Assembly: GCF_964194025.1 (NCBI RefSeq)
Contig: NC_134468.1
Coordinates: forward strand, 6,262,001 to 6,326,000
Direction: 5' to 3'
Source: Convolutriloba macropyga
Taxonomy: Eukaryota
Length of the DNA stretch: 64,000 nt
Of this stretch, positions 1 through 12,218 are shown one piece after another. The notes under the pieces are model-generated. The model had not been told where the DNA came from and did not search any database. It saw nothing but the letters and a program-made list of their open reading frames with translations. Within the stretch, counting starts at the first letter, position 1. The number at the start of each line of letters is the position of its first letter. The position numbers were made by a program, and so were the translations under genes.

Positions 1-897
1 ACCTTCAATTAGATTATTCTTATTTAAATCATTTTTATCAAAATAGGTAAAAGTTAAATTGTGAGAGATAAATCACAATTAACCAAGAGATAATTCACGT
101 GAATAAAACATAGCAGGACAAGTCCTGACACAATTCAAAGAGTTTTCATTGACTGAACAAAGACTACACCTAGAAAGAATTTTTGTTCAAACATCATTTT
201 CTCACTTTACTTTGAAAGTGCAGTGAAAAATTCAAGTCGCAAAACTACTCGCTTTTTTCGCTAGACTACCTGTTTCGGTGTGACCAAAATCCCCTCTCCA
301 ATTTGACTTCAAAAATCATGAAAATGTGCGATCAGATCTTAAAAACAAGACAGGGTCCTAAGACAATTCAAAAGCTTTGAATTGTATAAATCATTACAAA
401 AGGTGTGAAAAAAGTTGCCAGAAAAAAGCTGCAATAGCTTCGTAGATCTGCAGTCTCAAAAAAAAAACAGTAAAAAGGACAGACCAAAAAAATTCGTCTT
501 TTCATTGAAGGCTGATATGTTATATTTTGATTAAAAATCTGTAAAAGTTTTTGCCTCTATTAACTGCTCTGAAATAACTTCATTTAGAGTGACAAGCACC
601 GATTTGACCTTATCTCTTTGAATTAAAGTAAATAAAAGTCAATTTCAAAGTGAGGAAGTCATTTTTGAGAATGAGGTAAGTCAAGTGTGACCAAAAATTT
701 AATCACGCGAATGAACAAAAAACTCAGAGCGAAAAATGACGTAACGCACGCACTTCAGTTGAAATTGCATGAACGAATGAACAAAAAGCAGATTTGAAGT
801 GGTTGTGACGTCATATGGTCATAACAAAAATCGCCACGACGAAATAAAAAAAAAGAGAAGGCCAATAATAGCCCCAGCTATCGCTGTGCGGCTATCA
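1..897 (-). mobile_element. Composite, partial Helentron/DINE-1-like non-autonomous element (family X)
   Basis: Shares blocks (AAAACATAGCAGGACAAGTCCTGAC, GAGGTAAGTCA, CCTGTTTCGG.GTGACCAAAATC) with the copies at 53.0, 57.2, 58.9 and 63.4 kb. Ends in the ATAGCC...GGCTAT inverted repeat at ~868-895. Confidence 0.65.
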
Positions 898-3892
898 AAC
901 ACAATTACGAAAATTAGGCCAGAAGTCTCCATAAAATTAATGTCCTGAGAAAACTGACAGAAGTTCACAGTCCAATAATAGTAATATTCACTAATCCGAA
1001 GAAGAAAAATGAAACGTTAAGTGGATGCCTCTATAAGAGACATCGGAAATGCTCACATTCTCGTTCTTAAAACGCTAAAAAGCGTACGTCTGCGATATAG
1101 AAGTGGAAATCATCATTACCAAGCCCAAAACATGGGGAAGAACGACCTGCAAAACCAGGCTTATGATTTTGACAAATTTGAAAAGCAGTAAAAAGCCAGA
1201 AAAACTTTGAACCCAAATAATGTAGAGCTTTTACACCTATTACAATCCAAGCCCTTTCATTGCAAAAAAAAGAAATTCAGAAATAACAAATAAAAAACAG
1301 TCAGGAGAGGGAAAAGAAATATAGTTGAAACAGATTTGAACATGAGTTGCAAAACTTATGGCTGAGAATAAAGATAAAAGTGTTCCACGCAAAAACCTCT
1401 GATTATTAATTATATCCATATTTTAGAATAAATATCAAACAATTGTTCTGTGTTTAGAGCCCTATTACTTGTCTTTCATTGGCAGAGCTCTATAAAATTG
1501 TCCTTTCGATTAACTTTCAATATCAATTGAGGTTTATATCACTAATGTAAATTTTAAAGTTGAGTGCAAGAATTCCTTACAATTCGAGTGAGGCCGCAAA
1601 AACAATTGATTGCGAAGAACAACAACGTAGTCGCAAGAAATCTGACAGAATGAACGCTTAACTTCACAAAGTCCACAGCGTGTAGTTCGACAATGATTCA
1701 CTCCGTCAAATTTATATCTAAAAGAGAAGGACAAACAGACTTTCCGCTGCAAATTATCTACAAAAACCAAACGAAAAGATAAAATTAAGAAACCGAACGG
1801 TTAATAAGTCTCATTCATTCACTCATTGATGCGAGTTTTCTGTTTTCGAACAATCGTGTTTTCTGTTTAAGAATTAAATAAGAATAACAGTTGCTACAAA
1901 AAATAACTATAGAAACAGAGCCCTATTACAAAACTTTCAAGAAACAGTACAAATGCGGTTACGTATAGCGTAATCAATGTCATATACATGTTAAATAAAC
2001 AAAAAAGATCTTGAAAGAAAATAAACGTGAAAAAAACTAATGGCAAGCAATTAAAACCAGTTGGAATTTAGTAATTTTGAGGACTACAAACACCACTAAA
2101 AAAGGCGTTTGAAACTACAGAATGTCGATCAGAAGATTAACAATTGTCAACCAATTATTTTCTAAAAACCTATAAAAGCAAACGAACAAAATTTGGCCGC
2201 CGTTTTGTCTTGGTCCATCGGAGAAAGGACAACAGTTAGCAAAGTAGCAATCCCTTTCACTCTCCGATTTTCGCTTTGTTCAACAAAATGCGCAAAAGAT
2301 TTAGTTCATATGCTTCGACTCAAAACAAGATGCGATCAGTAGTTGCCTCAGCTTTAACTTCGCAGCAATTAATCACTGTTCTGGTTCCGTTCAAATGTTC
2401 TCCATGAGCTCATCATTCAAAACTTAATCTAGAAGACTAATGCAACCCTGTGTCATAGAATCTAAGTTCTGAACTTGGAACCAGTATCAATTTAAAAGAA
2501 AAATTAAATTCAGTTCTGAAAGATGGTATCCCAATAGACCTTTTGAACATGCCCAACTGTATTTTCAGTAAAAAAAAAGTGCACATACTTCTCCGATAGG
2601 AATTCTGAGAAGCGTGAATGTATATGTCTTTCACGTGTAAGCGCACATAATCGTATGCAAGAAACCCAATAACTAGTTTATTCAAATTCCCGCTAGCTTT
2701 TAAACAACCTCAAAACCCATTCAAGTTAAAGGTTAGGATTTAATTGATTAATTGATTTAAAACTTATAGGCACTTAACTTCTAATCACTAATAGGTCGTG
2801 TTTGCACCCAACGTGGATGACGCTAGAATGTAAGGTTCAGACTACTGTCACCCCAAAAGCAATGTTTAGTTACTTCTCTGCTCCAGTTTACTCCGAAGCC
2901 AACGTCAACATATTACCTTCATAGTATCATGATAAAAAACTTGTTGCATCAGTTTCCATTGAATTTTTAAATTTTGCTTAATGAAGGTAAAACCTATTTT
3001 ATGGCGTTATGTTTTAATAATGGAGAAGCGCTGATTGCAGATTCAAAAAACAATTAGCGCCCGAGAATTTCAACCGCAACAATTTCTAATATTTTTGGTC
3101 AAATGTGCATTTTCACCTCTCAGTACACTTGCGCTACATCTTCCTGAATATGAATCATTGAGCCATGGAAAAATTTAGATTGGCCTAATTGTTGTGATAA
3201 ACTTATTAAATAGAGATGAGCCAGCGAGGCATGGGAGATCTGATGAAAAAATTGCATGAGAGTGAGGGTCTTGATGAACCATCCAAGGAAATTTTGAAAA
3301 CCCTAATTGAAGAAAATATTGGAAAAAATGCACGAATTGCCGAATTGGAATCTGAGGTGGCACAGATGAAGATCAAAGTTAATCAACTCGAAGATATCAA
3401 TCAAAAGATTGCCTAATTTTTCGCAATCTACCGTTTAGTTCAAATGGAACCAACCTCTCAGATGTGATTGATCTTATTCAAAATGTGTTGAATGTCAACA
3501 TTGAACCGCGCGATTTAAAAGCGTGCCATCCGTTGGGCAGAGGATCGCCATTCAATCCACCACCAGTTATTGCGAAGTTCGTCTATTTCGACCAAAAGGA
3601 AAGAATCTGGACCAGGAACGGTTTGCTACGGAATTATAGGAATCCAAATAATGGAAAACCGGTTTTTTGATTATCGAGCGATTGAGCAAGTACGAAAAGT
3701 CATTGAAAGAGGAGGGTCAAGCAAAACAGTTAAAGGTTACTACTAAGAATTTGGCACCACTTGTTCAGATCGAGTCAGACGGGATGAAGCGATATCTTGA
3801 ACTGAACTCCATTCAAGATATTATTGAATTGCAACCAGTCGCTAGTAAAATTGAAAGGTTCAATTATCCAAAGAATCTACCACAAAAGCAAA

Positions 3893-6800
3893 GCCAAGTA
3901 TACACGACAACAGCGGGTTCGATGGAAGTCAATGAAATTATCTATAACACGCCTGTTCCAAAGCTAACAAACAGCCAACTTTTGCGCCTGGTACACCTTT
4001 ATCGACCAAAATGCCTTTCCTAAAGCGTATGTGTGACAATTTTGAGAACAGCGACTATCCCAATCTAATGGAGGAACTAAAAAGCAGGAGAGCTGATAAA
4101 GACGAATTGCTTGATTTTGTTATGGGTCTCTTAAGTGGTTCGCCGAATGCCAATGAGACTATTCTTGCTAATATTGAGGAACAGCCGTTTCGGAGCGAAG
4201 AGTGCTGAGAAGAGTCTGGAACATAAGAGTTCACCCCTTAGATTTAATAAAGCGACCAAAATTAGATCTGCATCAAATCACTTCATAATTTTACACTTAA
4301 ATACTAGATCCATTAAAAAACATGATGAAGAATTAGAGGCACTGATATCTTAATTTTGAGTCTCCGCCTTTTGTCATATGTTTAACAGAATCTTGTCTAA
4401 CAGTTAATGATGATCCGAATTTATTCAAGGTAGCAAATTACAATAATTGCTTGACAAAATCAAGAAGTGGTAGGGGTGGAGGTATTATGATCCAAATAAG
4501 TGATGAGGTGAACTTGATTGAGGAGCTGAATTGCAAATTAAATGAAAGTCTTTTGGTTCACTTGAAATTCGGAGAGTTAAAGATTGCTCTGTTAGTGGTT
4601 TGTAATCACCCCAAAATTAACAAGCAGAATATCATTTTTGAGCTCGATAAAACAGTGGAAAACATCAATGAAAATTATGACAGAATAATTGTTTGTGGGG
4701 ACTTAAACATCAACGTGCTAGATGAAAATCTGATGACGTCATCATATCTATCGACTATCCAACCAAATGGTTTTCAACTATGTTGTCGTGAGCCAGCTCG
4801 CATCAGCCGAAATACCTCGACTTGTTTGGATCACTTTTTCGTAAAGAATTTAAGGATTCAGAAAACTTTTGTAATGGAGGATAACAATTATTGCGATCAC
4901 TTTCCAATTGTGTTGGAATTTGAGAAGATTAGCAAAAGTTGTTAACCAGAAATTGGTTTTCGTGACACCAGTTTTTTTTAAAATCGTTGAGTAGATTGTC
5001 TTCTTTTCTTGATAACCTTTCTAAATCACTAGCGACAATAAGATACCAGGAAACGGAAAGTATAAACTGTGCTTTTGACAGATTTGAAAATACTTTTAAA
5101 GAAGTATTAGCAATGTTTGCACCATATCGGAAGTCAAGCAGGAATACAATTAAAAAACCTAACTGGTTTGATAAAAATATGAAAAATTTGATTTGCAAAG
5201 AAACCAATAACACAAGTCATGGAAAATGGACCGTCAGAGCAACCAAAAATTAGAGAAGTTTAAAGCACTACGAACTAAAGTGGAGAAAACAATCAAAGCC
5301 AAAAAGAATTCTTACTATGAGCAAAAGTTCTCAAAATGCATCGGAGACTCAAAACAAGTTTATAAATTTTTAAATGAGCTTAAGGGAGTTACTATTAAAA
5401 ATTCTAAAGTTCCTTACCAAATAAAAGATGGTAGAAGAGTTGATGATAATCTAGATGTTGCAAACGAGCTCAACACTTTTTTTGTAGGTATAGGACAGAA
5501 ACTAAAAGCAGACATCCCAAATGATATTTTTGTTAATCCTAAGGCTAATATTTTGCAGAGTATGTGGCTTTATGAATCAAATTGCAACGAAATCTTGCAA
5601 ATAATTGAGGATCTCAAAGAAAAATCATCTTCGGGAGTTGATGAGAGTAGTACGATTTTGATTAAGAAAACGGGTTTCTTAATTTGCAAGCATCTTGTTC
5701 ATCTCGTAAATAAATCTTTTAAAGACGGTAAATTTCCAAGTATTCTGAAACAAGCTACAACTGTCCCTCTGCACAAGGCAGGGGCGAAAGACGAGATAAA
5801 TAACTACCGACCAATTTCGCTTCTCATTGTGTGGAGTAAAGTTTTTGAACGCGTTATGTATAATCGAATTTATACTTACTTTGAAACTTTCGGTTTGTTC
5901 CATCCTAATCAATTTGGTTTTCGAAAAAAACAGCACTATTAATGCCATCGCAAATTAACAGAGACAGTTCGTGAGAGCCGCCATTGTCAGGTAGCCACAT
6001 TTTTTATTGACTTAAGAAAGGCTTTTGACACGATAGACCACCAAATCCTATTACAAAAGCTCGAACTATATGGTAAAAGAGGATTTTGCCTAAGATGGAT
6101 TAGTGATTATTTATTGGAAAGACAGCAATGTGTTTCAGTCAATAATTGCAACTCCAGCTGGCTGAAGTTAACTTGTGGTGTTCCACAAGGCTCGATTCTT
6201 GGCCCACTCCTTTTTTAAATATACATAAATGACCTTCCACACGTGTGCCAAGTCTTCAGAACTTTTCTATTCGCCGATGATACCAACTTAACAGCAGTCA
6301 ATAGAAAATTTTGAATAAATGCAGAAAGATTTGGTCAAAGAGAAATGGCTCAACGCCAAGTATACACGACAACAGCGGGTTCGATGGAAGTCAATGAAAT
6401 TATCTATAACACGCCTGTTCCAAAGCTAACAAACCGCCAACTTTTGCGCCTGGTACAACTTTATCGACCAAAATGCCTTTCCTGAAGCGTATGCGTGACA
6501 ATTTTGAGAACAGCGACTATACCAATCTAATGGAGGAACTAAAAAGCAGGAGAGCTGATAAAGACGAATTGCTTGATTTTGTTATGGGTCTCTTAAGTGG
6601 TTCGCCGAATGCCAATGAGACTATTCTTGCTAATATTGAGGAACAGCCGTTTCGGAGCGAAGAGTGCTGTGAAGAGTCTGGAACATAAGAGTTCACGCCT
6701 TAGATTTAATAAAGCGACCAAAATTAGATCTGCATCAAATCACTTCATAATTTTACACTTAAATACTAGATCCATTAAAAAACATGATCAAGAATTAGAG

Positions 6801-8819
6801 GCACTGATATCTTAATTTGAGTCTCCGCCTTTTGTCATATGTTTAACAGAATCTTGTCTAACAGTTAATGATGATCCGAATTTATTCAAGGTAGCAAATT
6901 ACAATAATTGCTTGACAAAATCAAGAAGTGGTAGGGGTGGAGGTATTATGATCCAAATAAGTGATAAGGTGAACTTGATTGAGGAGCTGAATTGCAAATT
7001 AAATGAAAGTCTTTTGGTTCACTTGAAATTCGGAGAGTTAAAGATTGCTCTGTTAGTGGTTTGTAATCACCCCAGAATTAACAAGCAGAACATCATTTTT
7101 GAGCTCGATAAAACAGTGGAAAACATCAATGAAAATTATGACAGAATAATTGTTTGTGGGGACTTCAACATCAACGTGCTAGATGAAAATCTGATGACGT
7201 CATCATATCTATCGACTATCCAACCAAATGGTTTTCAACTATGTTGTCGTGAGCCAGCTCGCATCAGCCGAAATACCTCGACTTGTTTGGATCACTTTTT
7301 CGTAAAGAATTTAAGGATTCAGAAAACTTTTGTAATGGAGGATAACAATTATTGCGATCACTTTCCAATTGTGTTGGAATTTGAGAAGATTAGCAAAAGT
7401 TGTTAACCAGAAATTGGTTTTCGTGACACCAGTTTTTTTAAAATCGTTGAGTAGATTGTCTTCTTTTCTTGATAACCTTTCTAAATCACTAGCGACAATA
7501 AGATACCAGGAAACGGAAAGTATAAACTGTGCTTTTGACAGATTTGAAAATACTTTTAAAGAAGTATTAGCAATGTTTGCACCATATCGGAAGTCAAGCA
7601 GGAATACAATTAAAAAACCTAACTGGTTTGATAAAAATATGAAAAATTTGATTTGCAAAGAAACCAATAACACAAGTCATGGAAAATGGACCGTCAGAAC
7701 AACCAAAAATTAGAGAAATTTAAAGCACTACGAACTAAAGTGGAGAAAACAATCATAGCCAAAAAGAATTCTTTCTATGAGCAAAAGTTCTCAAAATGCA
7801 TCGGAGACTCGAAACAAGTTTATAAATTTTTAAATGAGCTTAAGGGAGTTACTATTAAAAATTCTAAAGTTCCTTACCAAATAAAAGATGGTAGAAGAGT
7901 TGATGATAATCTAGATGTTGCAAACGAGCTCAACACTTTTTTGTAGGTATAGGACAGAAACTAAAAGCAGACATCCCAAATGATATTTTTGTTAATCCTG
8001 ATGCTAATATTTTGCAGAGTATGTGGCTTTATGAATCAAATTGCAACGAAATCTTGCAAATAATTGAGGATCTCAAAGAAAAATCATCTTCGGGAGTTGA
8101 TGAGAGTAGTACGATTTTGATTAAGAAAACGGGTTTCTTAATTTGCAAGCATCTTGTTCATCTCGTAAATAAATCTTTTAAAGACGGTAAATTTCCAAGT
8201 ATTCTGAAACAAGCTACAACTGTCCCTCTGCACAAGGCAGGGGCGAAAGACGAGATAAATAACTACCGACCAATTTCGCTTCTCATTGTGTGGAGTAAAG
8301 TTTTTGAACGCGTTATGTATAATCAAATTTATACTTACTTTGAAACTTTCGGTTTGTTCCATCCTAATCAATTTGGTTTTCGAAAAAAACAGCACTATTA
8401 ATGCCATCGCAAAAATAACAGAGACAGTTCGTGAGAGCCGCCATTGTCAGGTAGCCACATTCTTTATTGACTTAAGAAAGGCTTTTGACACGATAGACCA
8501 CCAAATCCTATTACAAAAGCTCGAACTATATGGTAAAAGAGGATTTTGCCTAAGATGGATTAGTGATTATTTATTGGAAAGACAGCAATGTGTTTCAGTC
8601 AATAATTGCAACTCCAGCTGGCTGAAGTTAACTTGTGGTGTTCCACAAGGCTCGATTCTTGGCCCACTCCTTTTTTTAATATACATAAATGACCTTCCAC
8701 ACGTGTGCCAAGTCTTCAGAACTTTTCTATTCGCAGATGATACCAACTTAACAGCAGTCAATAGAAAATTTTGAATAAATGCAAAAAAATTTGGTCAAAG
8801 AGAAATGGCTCAACGCCAA
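3893..8819 (+). repeat. Tandem duplication of ~2.46 kb (3893-6354 and 6355-8814) within the LINE
   Basis: Near-identical sequence at an offset of ~2460. GCCAA microhomology at 3893, 6355 and 8815. Confidence 0.95.
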
Positions 8820-9992
8820 CAAGCTGTCTCTTAATCATGAAAACAGTTGTCAAATGAATATTAAAATAGAAAACAGTGCCTCTAATGTCAATAGCTTTTC
8901 CGTATTTAAATTAAATTCTGTTAATATACCTGAGTCAGAAAGCTGCAAGTATCTGGGTGCGTTTGGATAAAAAATTGAAATTCACAGAGCACATTGAGGA
9001 TGTGAAGAAAAAGTTAGCAATGCAGTGCGGAATAGTGTCAAAATTATGGCATTATGTACCAAAACGTCTTTTACTCCAGTTTTATTCATCAAATATCAAA
9101 CCAATCATTCAATATGGTGTGCTGATATATGGATTTGTAAGCTTTACTTCCCTTCAACCTTTAGTTCTATTGCAAAAAAAAATACTCAGGCTCATTTTGT
9201 TCCAGAAATACACACAAAATGTAACACAGTTTTTTGACAAATACAAGGTCTTAACTGCTCACGAATTGCATATTTACTTCTTAAATTTGTAATAAAATCA
9301 GTAAATAAAATGCACACAGATACATATCTTAATGAGTTGATTTCTTTCGCATCCCGATCAAACAATTCCACGAGAAGATCGTTGAAATGGTTTTTGAAAG
9401 TACCAAAGTGTAAACGAAAGTCTGAAATGAATTCATTGAGATACAGAGTTGCCAAATTACTTAATCTTTTTTATTGAAAACAATGTGTTACCATTAAACT
9501 ATAATGAGCTTTCTAGTTTTTCGCTTGTCAATCTGGTGCACAAAATAAGAGACAATTACATTTTATCGAATTATGAATTAACAAAAACAATCTTCTCCTA
9601 GTTGCGACTTTGTGTACACCTTTCGATGAATTTTTTTTTAAGTTATTAAAAAGACAACACAAAATGATCCAATTTGCTGTCGCCGGGGTCTTCTAAAGGG
9701 GTAAAAAAATTGTCAAAAATTGAAAATTCCATCAAATAAATTGAGAATTTCATCTATTATCTTTCAATAGTGAAAGTTTTTTTTCTTTTTGAATAGTCAT
9801 ATCCAATCGTAAAAAAAAAGAATAAAGGGCAGTGCTCAGTGATCCAGTCGGATCCGTAAACTGTCCTCTCTGAGTGTACAATGATTTTATGTATAATGCA
9901 ATGATAACTTTAGGCTTTCTGATCTTGAACTCTATAAGTAGGTAATTTTGTCATGTGTTATATTTTGATGTTTATTTATACTCAGAGGAATT

Positions 9993-9994
<2 letters not shown>

Positions 9995-10030
<36 letters not shown>
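9995..10030 (+). repeat. (CT)n microsatellite forming the LINE 3' tail
   Basis: CT dinucleotide run directly after GAGGAATTAA at the end of the LINE 3' UTR. Confidence 0.9.
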
Positions 10031-10050
<20 letters not shown>

Positions 10051-10868
10051 TGCGAAATCAAAGTTTAATTGAGGCTTAAAGAAGTAAAATTCATTTTTAG
10101 GGATAATTTAGTTGGATACAACATGGTCACATATCTTACGCAAATAGTTTCCAAAAATAGCCCCCTGTTTTCAGAGATTAGGTTTTTTCTCTAGTTTGTT
10201 ATGGTGCATCCGCTTTTTAAACGATCTGATAAATTTTGGCAGCTTCTATAAGAGGGCCGAAATTTGCTATTTTATCAACAATGTCTTATTCGGTTCCGAA
10301 TACCTCTAAAATTTAGTTACGACTTCAATCACATAGATCTAATGAGTTACGGTTGTCACATTAACCACCATCAGAACTTCTTTGGAAAATTGATCCAATT
10401 GATTGAATTGATAATTGTTACAATGGCTTATGGTAAACTGATCAGTTTTGAGGGTTACAGTTTCACATTTAAGCGTAAAATTGACAGTTCGTGATATCTT
10501 CTGACGCTGTTAAGGGACTGCTTGCTTGATTTTCCTTAAACGTGTCTGGTCAGCATTGGATAGAGATCAAACATAGTGCACAAATTGAAAACAATCATTT
10601 GGACATCAATGTTGATGAGAACAGTGATAAAAAACAAGTGAACATAATTTATCAGTAGAGAGGAACGAAACTCATTTTCAGATATTTGCGTTTGGCCAAT
10701 TCATAGATTCTACGAAAATAATAGAAAAACAAAGCAAACTGCTACTTAGAAAAAACTGTCTTACATTCTTACAAGAAAAAATCAATCAATAATTGAATAA
10801 CGTATTAAATTTTTTTTTAAAAAAATAATAAAATTCTCACAAAACTTGTCAATTGAGTGCTGATGCAG

Positions 10869-11074
10869 GCTCATCAGGAGAATGCTACGACTACGTTGAG
10901 CTCTATGACGGTTCATTAATCAACTGGACACTGATTAAGATTGGTGGTAGAAGCAAAGCATGCGGCTTCTCGAACCCAACAAGGAGTAACTATGTCTCTA
11001 ATGGGAGCTGGGTTTTAGTACGATTCGTATCAGATCAGCTCAACAACTTTCGAGGATTTAAAATATCTTTTCAG
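10869..11074 (+). CDS. DEG/ENaC gene A exon: C-terminal half of CUB domain
   Basis: GSSGECYDYVELYDG...ACG...VSNGSWVLVRFVSDQLNNFRGFKISFQ is a typical CUB C-terminal half. Acceptor TGCAG, phase 1. Same 206-nt length as the paralogous exon 43955-44160. Inferred GC donor at 11075. Confidence 0.85.
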
Positions 11075-11659
11075 GCTGGCATCGGTTTCCTATCCTTCTT
11101 AAACTTTATGATTATTTCTGCAAGCCAATTAACGAAAAAGCCATTTCTGTACAATTTAAAGTTTTTCCTTTTGGCTCTTGTTTTCATAAACTTTTCTATG
11201 CGAGGAAAAGTTACTTTTTTAATGAAAAAAATATGGTCAGCTCGACCATTTGATCGAGCTGGCCATTGAAGATAGAATAGTTAAGTATTCCGACGTTCTC
11301 AGTTAGAATTTGATATGAGTTCCAGTTATTTCGAAAATTACATACCAGGTAAAAAAAATCTTTTTGACGCAAACGATACCCTTCCCAAACTAAAATTTTG
11401 CAACATTTAAATACAAAACCAATTTAAGCAAAAAATACTTTAATTGACTATCTAACACTAAAATACTAAAATGTCCCGATTTGTATTAACTCTTATATTA
11501 ATTTATAAAAGCACGAAAAAACTGAAAGTGCTCTGATAACACCACTAACTTGATTCAAAAGTAAAACGTTGACTTTGATCACACGTTTCTTCAATTCACA
11601 ATGTTAATTTCACTTGAACAGATGATAGTATGATCATGTTGATAACCTCTCACAAAACA

Positions 11660-12000
11660 AGTTCATTATTGTACCCACCCACCTTAGTGGAGGAGGAACT
11701 CTATGCTCAACTGGGTTTTTTGTTCAGTCATATTTGGCCGGTCGATATACTCATCGTAGAGAGTGGTATCATTACAAAGCCCGTCCAGCGTAGATTATAG
11801 AACTAAAAAGATTTTTTTTGAATTAGGTTTTTCTAAGGAGTTATCGAGTTTTATGAGCATTTGACTGATTTCAGTTCACATTTTCCGTATTTTTGCTCAA
11901 TTCATTGTCAATTTTGTTTAAAAATATGTTAAAAACTATCTATGGGTGCGAAAAATTGAGCTCAAAGAGGGGTTCGAATTAATTTCTGAATAAGAGCAAT
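11660..12000. repeat. Interspersed repeat (family Y)
   Basis: Similar to 14360-14560 (GGAGGAACT...CTCATCGTAGA...GTCCAGCGTAGA...GGAGTTATCGAG) and to 13885-14040. Confidence 0.7.
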
Positions 12001-12218
12001 TTAGGTCACGCAAAAATCAAGAATTCAAGGGTGAAAGAGTCGCTTGAAAAGTGAAATGTTCTACAAAAAAAAACGGTCAACAAACTTACATTAAAAGACA
12101 ATGACTGTTTCGAACTTCGTTTGAGAGCAATTAATCAGGAACTTTTAGCTTGAGAGAAATCTTTCTAATTGTTGGAAAAACCAAAGGGCATAAAGTAGAA
12201 TAGGAAACCGTTCCTAAG

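Larger units (their letters stand above)
3150..10030 (+). mobile_element. Decayed full-length LINE (APE endonuclease + RT; CR1/L2-like) with internal tandem duplication, inside an intron of gene A
   Basis: ORF1 fragments (coiled coil; IEPRDLKACHPLG...PVIAKF RRM-like segment), APE motifs (LHLNTRSI, VCGDFNI, TCLDHFF, DHFPI) and RT motifs (NYRPISLL, DLRKAFDTIDH, GVPQGSILGPLLFLIYINDL, FADDT). Many stops and frameshifts; 3' (TC)n tail. 5' boundary approximate. Confidence 0.93.

Noticed and set aside
1-10868. Missing upstream exons of gene A (TM1, LDLa, first half of CUB)
   Set aside because: No matching sequence found by eye; they presumably lie upstream of the window, which would make this intron longer than 10.8 kb.
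11085-11094. GTTTCCT(A/T)TC in both paralogs as a U12-type (GTATCCTT-like) donor
   Set aside because: It is phase 1 while the next exon needs phase 0, no TTCCTTAAC branch site precedes the acceptors, and its conservation is explained by pairing with AGGAAAC at the intron 3' end. Not fully excluded without RNA data.
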